Origin: an uncultured Christensenella sp.
GTDB lineage: Bacteria; Bacillota; Clostridia; Christensenellales; DTU072
Direction of reading: 5' to 3'
DNA length: 55,874 nucleotides
Assembly (NCBI GenBank): GCA_964368435.1
Contig: CAYJBS010000003.1
Location: 1-55,874 of the forward strand
Shown here: piece after piece, positions 46,289 through 53,664 of the stretch
How the letters are laid out: each line of letters begins with the position of its first letter
How positions within the stretch are numbered: the stretch's first letter is position 1
Position numbers and translations under genes: made by a program
Notes under the pieces: model-generated
What the model was told of the DNA's origin: nothing
Database searches by the model: none
Seen by the model: only the letters and a program-made list of their open reading frames with translations

Positions 46289-47615
46289 GCTTGCCGCATT
46301 AAAAAAACTGGCAGAATATTTTGAAAAACCCTTATATGTCGTCGGCGGAGCGGTGCGCAACCAAATTTTGGGACTGCCGTGCGGCGACATCGATCTTGCG
46401 GCGGCGGTGTCGCCCGAAGAGGTTTTTTCTGCGTTGGAAGGCAGCCCATTCAAGGTCAGTCTTACCAGCAAAAAACTATTCACTCTGTCAATAAGAAACG
46501 GCAAACAAAAATATGAGTTTACTTCTTTTCGCATAGACAGCTATGACAAGGGGCATACCCCATATGAAAGCAAAATGACGCAAGATTTGGTAGCCGATGC
46601 CAAACGGCGTGATTTCACCATGAACGCCATATATTTTGACATAAAAAGAAGTGAATATGTCGACCCGTTGGGCGGAGTGGCAGACGCAGAGAGCGGCATA
46701 ATAAAAACGGTAATTTCGGCAAAAGAGGTCTTTTCTCAGGATGGTTTGCGACTTATGCGGCTTGCCCGTCAAGCGGCGGAACTGGGTATGGAAATATCCG
46801 AAGACACCTTTTCTTCGGCAAAAGAAAATGCCGCGCTGATAAAGGACATTGCGCCCGAAAGGATACGGGATGAGCTTATGCGCATTGTCGCCGCAGACAG
46901 TATATACGGCAAAACAAAAGCCCATTTGAAAGGGCTGTTGCTACTTGACAAACTCGGCGTACTTGACTATATTCTGCCCGAACTTACCCGATGCAAGGGC
47001 GTCAAGCAACGGCGGGATTATCACCTTTATGATGTTTTTGAGCATATAGTGAAAGCCTATGAGTATGCGCCGCAAAAGGTACGCCTTGCGGCGATTTTCC
47101 ACGACCTTGCCAAACCTATTTCCATAAATCCCAACGGCTCGATGCGGGGACACGACATAAAAGGTCAACAGCTTGCGCGCGAGGTGATGAACAGACTGGC
47201 ATTCAGCAATGCCGAAACGGATTTTGTCGTGCGTCTGGTGTCTTTGCATATGTACGATTTGAAATGCGACGCCAAGGAAAGCACACTGCGTGGCTTTATC
47301 CAAGACAACCACGACATAATAGACGACCTTGCGGCGCTGAAAAGAGCCGATTATCAAGCCAGCGGCGTCAAGACAGGGGATTGTGTGTCAGCGACAAGGC
47401 TGGAGGAGCTTTATAAAAAAATGGTAGCCGAGGGCGCGCCGCTAAGCATAAAAGATTTGAAGATCGGCGGCGAAGATTTGATTCGACTCGGCATCCCCGA
47501 AAAGAGCCGAGGCATTGCTCTAAAAAGGCTTTTGAAAGCAGCTTCGTTCGGCGGCGAAATGCTCGAACGTCAAAAGCAGCTTGAATATATAATAAAAAAT
47601 AAAAAGAGTTTTTAG
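46278..47615 (+). CDS. cca: CCA-adding enzyme / poly(A) polymerase-family tRNA nucleotidyltransferase with HD domain
   Basis: The motifs GGAVRNQILGLPCGDIDLA, RRDFTMNA and the HD region FHDLAKP...RGHD are present. The ORF overlaps the hpt stop by 11 nt. Confidence 0.88.
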   Translation: MKNELAALKKLAEYFEKPLYVVGGAVRNQILGLPCGDIDLAAAVSPEEVFSALEGSPFKVSLTSKKLFTLSIRNGKQKYEFTSFRIDSYDKGHTPYESKMTQDLVADAKRRDFTMNAIYFDIKRSEYVDPLGGVADAESGIIKTVISAKEVFSQDGLRLMRLARQAAELGMEISEDTFSSAKENAALIKDIAPERIRDELMRIVAADSIYGKTKAHLKGLLLLDKLGVLDYILPELTRCKGVKQRRDYHLYDVFEHIVKAYEYAPQKVRLAAIFHDLAKPISINPNGSMRGHDIKGQQLAREVMNRLAFSNAETDFVVRLVSLHMYDLKCDAKESTLRGFIQDNHDIIDDLAALKRADYQASGVKTGDCVSATRLEELYKKMVAEGAPLSIKDLKIGGEDLIRLGIPEKSRGIALKRLLKAASFGGEMLERQKQLEYIIKNKKSF

Positions 47616-47678
47616 AGAATACCGTTTTCACAAAGCAGACTCTGCTATGAAATCTTTCCTCTATTTAGGTTGTTTCAC

Positions 47679-47709
47679 CCGCCGAAAATTCGGCGGATGT
47701 TTTCATTTT
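47679..47709 (+). terminator. Rho-independent terminator after cca
   Basis: CCGCCGAA (47679-47686) pairs with TTCGGCGG (47689-47696); the GC-rich core is CCGCCG/CGGCGG. A T-rich tail ATGTTTTCATTTT follows. Confidence 0.65.
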
Positions 47710-47786
47710 GTTTTAATCGAATATACAACAAACATAAGCGGGCAAGTAAAAATATCATTGTCCATAAATACAATAAAAATTGCCTA

Positions 47787-47815
47787 TTGACACCCTTTTG
47801 CGCATATGATAAAAT
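47787..47815 (+). promoter_or_regulatory. Sigma-A promoter with extended -10 for the gntR-GRE operon
   Basis: TTGACA (47787-47792), a 17-nt spacer, then TAAAAT (47810-47815). The -10 is preceded by TG at 47807-47808 (TGnTAAAAT). Confidence 0.6.
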
Positions 47816-47831
47816 TGTGGTAATACCACAA
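47815..47831 (+). promoter_or_regulatory. Perfect 8-1-8 palindrome, putative GntR-family operator
   Basis: TTGTGGTA-A-TACCACAA has the core tgGT-aat-ACca. This fits the t.GT-N3-AC.a type of operator described for FadR-like GntR regulators. It abuts the -10 box and covers the expected transcription start. Confidence 0.55.
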
Positions 47832-47843
47832 GCGGGAGAGGAC

Positions 47844-48548
47844 ATGCGCAAAGAGGATTTGACTCAACACTTTATTGACAGCGTAAAGTCGAGAATTTTT
47901 GACCAAACTTATCTTGTAGGTGACAGTTTGCCGCCATTGCGGCAGCTTGCCGAAGAGTTTGGTTGTTCTCGAAGCGTCATAAATGTCGGCATAGCTCGCC
48001 TTGCTTCCGAGGGGTATTTAGTAATTCATAAAAGAAAAAAGACATTAATAAACAATTTTGTCGAAAGGGCAAGCCTTTCGGTGCTGAAGGACATGGCGTT
48101 TTCCGTCAACGAACAATATAGAAAAAAGGCGGTCAAGGATATTCTTGAAGCAAGGAAGCTCATAGAGGTGGCGGCTGTGCGTCAGGCGGCGCAAAGGCGC
48201 GCCGACACAACGGAGCTGGATATCATCATTGCCGAGGAAGAAGACATGATTAGCCGCGGCGAAAGAGACCACGAGGTCATTGCAGAGAAGGATTTTGAGG
48301 CGCATTTCAAGCTTATTGAACTTTCTTCCAACACCGTCTATTATGCTGTCATGAACGCATTTGTTGTTCTGGCAATAAAGATGACAAAACTTTTTTATAA
48401 AAGCCGTGTGGATCTTTTCGGCGGCTATGTAGAGAAGCACAAGCAGATATCTGCCGCCATAAAATCAGGCGATGCCGACCTTGCGGCGGCTTTGCACCAA
48501 GAAATACTCGAACACGGAGAACAGGCATACAACCAACTAAATCAGTAA
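47844..48548 (+). CDS. GntR-family transcriptional regulator (FadR/FCD-type C-terminal domain)
   Basis: The ATG at 47844 follows GGGAGAGG (47834-47841). The winged-helix motif LPPLRQLAEEFGCSRSVINVGIARLASEGYLVI is present, with a helical C-terminal domain. The 234-aa length is typical; the track's 47670 start would add 58 non-homologous residues spanning the promoter. Confidence 0.88.
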   Translation: MRKEDLTQHFIDSVKSRIFDQTYLVGDSLPPLRQLAEEFGCSRSVINVGIARLASEGYLVIHKRKKTLINNFVERASLSVLKDMAFSVNEQYRKKAVKDILEARKLIEVAAVRQAAQRRADTTELDIIIAEEEDMISRGERDHEVIAEKDFEAHFKLIELSSNTVYYAVMNAFVVLAIKMTKLFYKSRVDLFGGYVEKHKQISAAIKSGDADLAAALHQEILEHGEQAYNQLNQ

Positions 48549-48561
48549 GGAGGCAAGAATA

Positions 48562-51045
48562 ATGGGAAAAATAAAACAGCCGAAAAACCTTTCGCCAAGA
48601 ATTGAATGGCTGAGGAACTATTATTTTGAGGGAGTCAATAGACCCTGGAACAACGAATACAAAGTTTTCACAACCGGCGCGCCCCATGACGAAATGTATA
48701 ATGAGCTTACATATTACATCGTTCCGGAAACGTACACCTTTTTCGGAACGTTTCAAAACGGCTTGCCACAAATCGCGCGGAAAATAGACATTCCCGACAA
48801 TTTTTATTCTTGGAGAATTGCAGAAAGGCGCGCCTGGTTCGTAAAAGAAGCCATGACAAAGTATGTACCTTTGGACATTTTGCCGGGGGATTTGCTTTGC
48901 GGAGCCAATTTCAACCTTTTTACTAGCCATTGCCTTACACCAAAAGAAAAAAAGGCGCGCGACTCGGTATTATACGGCAATTCGGGATTGCGCGCCGAAA
49001 CGATAGAATTTCATGACCGTGGCTTCGGCAACTGCGGAGCCACAAGCGGACATCTTATTCCCGATTATGCTACTATTCTCAACAAAGGCTTCAAATATAC
49101 TATTGAGCAGATAGACAAGACATATGAGGAGCTTACCGAAAAACAGAAAAAAGGCGCCGCCGGCGCCCAACTCCGCGCGATGAAGACGGCGGCGGAGATG
49201 CCATGCGACCTTGCAAGGCGGTATTCCGCGCGGCTGAAAGTGCTTGCCGCCAATGAGAAGGACCGCACTCGCAAAGCCGAACTTACCCAAATGAGCCAAA
49301 ATCTTGAGGTTGTGCCCTACAATCCCGCAAAGGATTTGTGGCAGGCGATGCAATCGCTTTGGCTGACACATATGCTTGTCATGTCCGACGAGAACTATCC
49401 CGGTCCGGGAGTATCCTTCGGCAGGCTCGACCAATATTTGTATCCTTTTTATTTGAAATCGGTAGACCAAGGCATGACCGAAGAGTTCATGAAAGAAATT
49501 CTCGAGTGTTTCTGGGTGCATTGCAATACGGCTTATGACGCCCAAATAAAAGTCGGCGTCAACCAAGGCATCACCGCCGGATTCGGTCAGCTGTTTATGA
49601 TAAGCGGCGTAGGCGACAAGGGACAGGATTTAACAAACGATTTGTCGTATCTGCTGCTTGACGTCATAGACGACATGAGCCCCATTCTCGAACCAAAACC
49701 CAATGTTCGACTGCATAAGAATTCGCCGGAAAAACTGCTGAAAAAAGTAGTAGATATGATTGCCGAAAGTCAGGGCGCGCCCTTCTTGCTGAATTTTGAC
49801 GAAAGATCAATGGCGGGACTGTTACGTCAAGCCAGAAAGAGCGGTTGCGAGGACAAAATAAACCAAACAAACGTCTGCGATTATGCCTCTGTCGGCTGTC
49901 TCGAAAACACCATGGCAGGCAATGACCGTTCGGGCACGGTGGATATAAATTTGAATCTTCTCAAAGCCATAGAGCTTACGCTGGCAAGAGGCGGAGAACT
50001 GCGGCAATACACCGATGCCCTGTGGAACAAACCTCATCCGCCGAAAACTTTTATCGATACGGGCGACCCCTCGAAGTTTTCGACATTTGAAGAATTCTAT
50101 AAGGCGTTTGAAAAGCAAACCAAATTTATTGTAAAGAAGATTTTTGAGCTATACGACAAGAGCGACAGCGTGCGAGCCGATTTTCATCCCACACCGTATC
50201 TTTCATTGCTAATAAAAGGCTGCATCGAAAAAGCGCTTGACGTCACCCAGGGCGGCGCCGAGTTGCGTTTCATAACAGTAGAGGGAGTCACCTTTGCTTC
50301 TACAGTTGATAGCCTGCTTGCCATAAAATATCTCGTTTTCGACAAAAAAGTCTGCACGATGCAACAGCTTATTGAGGCGTTGAAAGACAACTGGGTAGGA
50401 CACGAAAGGTTGCAAGCCATCGCCAAAAACAAGGCGCCGAAGTACGGCAGAGATGACGAAGAAGCTGACAAAATTGCACGGCAGTTTATGGAACTATGGG
50501 CGGAAGAGTGCTGGAAATACAAAACGACGGCTACCTACGCGCAGCTTCGTCCGGGCATGTTGAGCTGGAATTATTGGGTAGGCGACGGCTATGTGCTGCC
50601 GGCAAGTCCCGATGGCAGAGCCAACGGACAGTTCCTGTCGAACGCTATTTGCCCTTGCAATGGCGCCGACACCAAAGGTCCGACTGCCAACATAAATTCC
50701 GTAGGCAATGCCTTGGGCGGCAAAAGTCAAGACGGCGATTATTTGGATTACATAAACTATTTGCCAAACGGCGCCAGCCACACCATAACACTTTCACCCT
50801 CACTCATCAGAGACGACGCTCATAAACAAAAACTTATGGCGCTACTCAAGGCATACGCCGAGAACGGCGGTACAGCTTTACAACTGAATATTCTTGATGC
50901 CGATACCTTGATAGAAGCGCAGAAAAACCCTTCCGAATACAGACACCTGCTTGTCAGAGTCACCGGCTATAACGCTTATTTTTCTTCAATCGGACGAGAG
51001 TTGCAGAACGAAATAATAGCAAGAGAAATACACAACAAATACTAG
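48562..51045 (+). CDS. Glycyl radical enzyme (PFL2/1,2-eliminase-like), substrate unknown
   Basis: AAGGAGG lies 8 nt upstream. The C-terminal glycyl-radical fingerprint is LLVRVTGYNAYFSSI (Gly codon 50965-50967). The Cys loop SVGCLENT has Cys at 49897-49899 and Glu two residues later. That is the C-x-E arrangement of dehydratase/lyase GREs rather than the Cys-Cys of pyruvate formate-lyase. Confidence 0.9.
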   Translation: MGKIKQPKNLSPRIEWLRNYYFEGVNRPWNNEYKVFTTGAPHDEMYNELTYYIVPETYTFFGTFQNGLPQIARKIDIPDNFYSWRIAERRAWFVKEAMTKYVPLDILPGDLLCGANFNLFTSHCLTPKEKKARDSVLYGNSGLRAETIEFHDRGFGNCGATSGHLIPDYATILNKGFKYTIEQIDKTYEELTEKQKKGAAGAQLRAMKTAAEMPCDLARRYSARLKVLAANEKDRTRKAELTQMSQNLEVVPYNPAKDLWQAMQSLWLTHMLVMSDENYPGPGVSFGRLDQYLYPFYLKSVDQGMTEEFMKEILECFWVHCNTAYDAQIKVGVNQGITAGFGQLFMISGVGDKGQDLTNDLSYLLLDVIDDMSPILEPKPNVRLHKNSPEKLLKKVVDMIAESQGAPFLLNFDERSMAGLLRQARKSGCEDKINQTNVCDYASVGCLENTMAGNDRSGTVDINLNLLKAIELTLARGGELRQYTDALWNKPHPPKTFIDTGDPSKFSTFEEFYKAFEKQTKFIVKKIFELYDKSDSVRADFHPTPYLSLLIKGCIEKALDVTQGGAELRFITVEGVTFASTVDSLLAIKYLVFDKKVCTMQQLIEALKDNWVGHERLQAIAKNKAPKYGRDDEEADKIARQFMELWAEECWKYKTTATYAQLRPGMLSWNYWVGDGYVLPASPDGRANGQFLSNAICPCNGADTKGPTANINSVGNALGGKSQDGDYLDYINYLPNGASHTITLSPSLIRDDAHKQKLMALLKAYAENGGTALQLNILDADTLIEAQKNPSEYRHLLVRVTGYNAYFSSIGRELQNEIIAREIHNKY

Positions 51046-51054
51046 GATAGAATT

Positions 51055-51987
51055 ATGCGGACTTTTATACTTGACATACAAAAAATGTCCACAGAGGACG
51101 GACCCGGCATCAGAACAACGGTGTTTCTCAAGGGCTGTAATCTGAGGTGCGCTTGGTGTCACAATCCAGAATCCATCGCCTTTTATCAACATATCTTTTG
51201 GCTTGAAGAGAGGTGTATGGGTTGCCATAGTTGCGTTGATGTATGCCCAAAGAAGGCAGTATCGGCTGAGTCGGACGAAATAAAAATAGACGAAAATCTT
51301 TGCGATTTTTGCGGAAAGTGCGTAGAAGAGTGTCCGATGAATGCCATAGAAATCAAAGGCGAAGAAATGACAGTCGAAGAACTCCTGAAAGAGCTGATGA
51401 AAGACAAGGCGTATTATGATGCCAGCGGAGGCGGAGTGACGCTTTCGGGCGGCGAGGCGGTGTTGAACTGGGAATATGCTTTGTCGCTTCTTAAAGAGTT
51501 GAAACAAAGAGGAGTACATACCGCTATCGATACGGCAGGCTGCTATCCTTTCACGATACTGCAAAAACTCCTGCCTTATGTCGACCTGATTCTTTATGAT
51601 TTGAAACAAATCGACAATACTCTGCATAGCCAATTTACCGGAGTTGAGAACATGTTGATTCTGCAAAACGCCGCTCGGTTGGGCAAGAAGAAAGCACCGA
51701 AAATTTGGATTCGAACGCCGATTATCCCCGACGCTACCGACAGCGAAGAGAATATCAGGGGAATAGGCAAGTTCATAAAAGACAATATGCCGGAAGTCGA
51801 AAGGTGGGAGTTGGTAAGTTTCAACAATCTTTCAAGGCAGAAATACAAGCTGCTCGGCAAGGAGTGGCAATACAAAGACACTCAACTTGTAACAAAAAAT
51901 AAGATGCAAAACCTTTGCAATTTGGCAAAGAGCATAACAAACAAAGCGACGTGGTCGGGCGCGACTAAACCGGAGGTAAAGTTATGA
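51055..51987 (+). CDS. Glycyl-radical-enzyme activating protein (radical SAM) with ferredoxin-like insert
   Basis: The radical-SAM motif is CNLRCAWC (51136-51159). Two further 4-Cys clusters are CMGCHSCVDVCP and CDFCGKCVEECP. SGGE and a typical ~300-aa length are also present. Confidence 0.92.
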   Translation: MRTFILDIQKMSTEDGPGIRTTVFLKGCNLRCAWCHNPESIAFYQHIFWLEERCMGCHSCVDVCPKKAVSAESDEIKIDENLCDFCGKCVEECPMNAIEIKGEEMTVEELLKELMKDKAYYDASGGGVTLSGGEAVLNWEYALSLLKELKQRGVHTAIDTAGCYPFTILQKLLPYVDLILYDLKQIDNTLHSQFTGVENMLILQNAARLGKKKAPKIWIRTPIIPDATDSEENIRGIGKFIKDNMPEVERWELVSFNNLSRQKYKLLGKEWQYKDTQLVTKNKMQNLCNLAKSITNKATWSGATKPEVKL

Positions 51988-52820
51988 CAACTTTTATCAG
52001 CAACGAGGACAAACAAAAATTCGCAGTAACGGGCAAAATAGCCTTGGTATCCAGTATCAGTCCTTTCGGGGAGCCTCATGTTACCCTAATATCATCGCTG
52101 CAGGCGAAGGACGAAAAAACCGTAATGTGGGGACAATTCACTCACGGACTCAGCAAAGAGTACATAAAGAAGAACCCCTTGACGGCATTCCTTGTGCTCA
52201 ATCTCGAGAAGAAGTGGTGGCGGGGCAAGACGGAATATCTTGACAGTGTCGAGACAGGCGAAGACTTTGATATGTACAACAATCAACCGCTTTTCCGCTA
52301 TAACACATATTTTGGCATCGGCAAGGTGCATTATATGGAGTTGAAGGATTATTCCGGCGAACAAAGTCTGCCTATGGGCGCGATCATAAAAGGCGCATTG
52401 CAGGGCAAACTGATAAAACCCTTTGTCAAGCCTTGCGCAGACGGCATAAAGAAAATAAAGGGCATCAGCGTCAAACTTGCTCAAGACTTGTCCTCTCTGA
52501 AATTTCTTTCCTACATTGACGAAGAGGGCTTTCCGGTGTTGTTGCCTGTGATACAAGCCACGATGAAAGACGAGGGCAGGATAATAATACCTCTTTCGGC
52601 TTATGGCGAAGAAATAAAGAAAATAAAGACCGGAGCGAAAGTCGCGTTGTTCTATGTGAATCTTGAGTTGTCAAGCGTGCTGTTGCAAGGATACTTTGGC
52701 GGCATCGGCAAAAAGTTCGGAGTGGAATATGCCATATTTGACATCTCAAAGGTCTATAATTCCATGGTGCCCGTGCCCGGCTATATCTATCCTATGGAAC
52801 CGTATAGAACGGTGCATTAA
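51984..52820 (+). CDS. Tandem PNPOx-like (FMN-binding split-barrel) protein, putative
   Basis: The ATG overlaps the activase TGA (ATGA), and GGAGG lies 7 nt upstream. Two halves each resemble the pyridoxamine-5'-phosphate-oxidase-like fold pattern: SPFGEPHVTLISSLQAKDEKTVMWG...KNPLTAFLVLN and EEGFPVLLPVIQATMKDEGRIII...GAKVALFYVN. Confidence 0.5.
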   Translation: MTTFISNEDKQKFAVTGKIALVSSISPFGEPHVTLISSLQAKDEKTVMWGQFTHGLSKEYIKKNPLTAFLVLNLEKKWWRGKTEYLDSVETGEDFDMYNNQPLFRYNTYFGIGKVHYMELKDYSGEQSLPMGAIIKGALQGKLIKPFVKPCADGIKKIKGISVKLAQDLSSLKFLSYIDEEGFPVLLPVIQATMKDEGRIIIPLSAYGEEIKKIKTGAKVALFYVNLELSSVLLQGYFGGIGKKFGVEYAIFDISKVYNSMVPVPGYIYPMEPYRTVH

Positions 52821-52822
52821 TA

Positions 52823-52851
52823 TTGACAAAATGCTAAATTGTTGTTAACAT
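52823..52851 (+). promoter_or_regulatory. Weak sigma-A promoter candidate for the GDPD gene
   Basis: TTGACA (52823-52828), a 17-nt spacer, then TAACAT (52846-52851). The ATG at 52858 has no purine-rich RBS before it. Confidence 0.3.
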
Positions 52852-52857
52852 ATTAAA

Positions 52858-53649
52858 ATGCAAAGAGTATTAAGAACAGCAGGAATTTTAATAATAGTTT
52901 CAATAATAGCGTTGTCGGCATCGATTCTTTTTTATGCCATGCCGCAACCTTCCGTCAGTTGGGAGGGTACCAAGTTCATAGCGCATAGGGGATTGAGTTC
53001 GCAGTGCTTCGAGAATTCAAAAGAGGCTTTTTTGCGCGCCGGCAAAAGCCCCTTTTTCTTTGGAATAGAGACCGACATATGGCTGACTGCCGACGGAAAA
53101 TGGCTTTGCGCCCATGACAACGACCCTTTTGTCGACAGTGGCAAGCTTATCAGTGAATTGACCGCTGACGAAGCGGCGACTTTGCCGCTTGATACATCAA
53201 TATCTCAGTGCGAACGCCCCATAGGCGATACTTTTATTTGTACATTCGAAAAATATCTGGAAATTTGCAAGCGTTTTGGCAAAGTACCTGTGATAGAACT
53301 CAAGTATGTTGCCAATGCCGAAGAAATAGAGAACTTGTCGGCTACCGTTTCGGAGGTGTTTGACATCGGCGAAGTCATGTTTATCAGTTTTCATGCAGAA
53401 AATATCAGTCTATTGAAAGGCATCGGAGCGCGCGCCATGCGGCTTGCCAAAAGCCTTTCGATTGCAACCGACGTAATAAATAGCGGTGAAAGTGTAGGAT
53501 TGAATTATAAAAAACTTACCACAAGTTTATTGAAATCGGCGAAACAAAAGGGCGCAGAAATAAACGTGTATACCATAAACAACAAAAATACCGCCGAGCG
53601 TTTTGTCAAGCTCGGCGTAGATTATATTACAACAGATTTCATTTTTTGA
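52858..53649 (+). CDS. Glycerophosphodiester phosphodiesterase-family protein, membrane-anchored
   Basis: There is an N-terminal TM helix (AGILIIVSIIALSASILFYA). The GDPD motifs FIAHRGLS..ENSKEAF and GIETDIWLTADGKWLCAHD are present, along with a C-terminal YITTD. Confidence 0.85.
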   Translation: MQRVLRTAGILIIVSIIALSASILFYAMPQPSVSWEGTKFIAHRGLSSQCFENSKEAFLRAGKSPFFFGIETDIWLTADGKWLCAHDNDPFVDSGKLISELTADEAATLPLDTSISQCERPIGDTFICTFEKYLEICKRFGKVPVIELKYVANAEEIENLSATVSEVFDIGEVMFISFHAENISLLKGIGARAMRLAKSLSIATDVINSGESVGLNYKKLTTSLLKSAKQKGAEINVYTINNKNTAERFVKLGVDYITTDFIF

Positions 53650-53664
53650 TATTATAAAAAAACT

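Noticed and set aside
47670-47843. The ORF track gives N-terminal extensions for gntR (47670), tilS (TTG 44423) and the ATPase (TTG 37190).
   Set aside because: The gntR extension spans its own terminator-promoter-operator region. The tilS extension adds an atypical hydrophobic leader before the PP-loop. In each case an internal ATG fits family-typical N termini better, and gntR and the ATPase also have a proper RBS.
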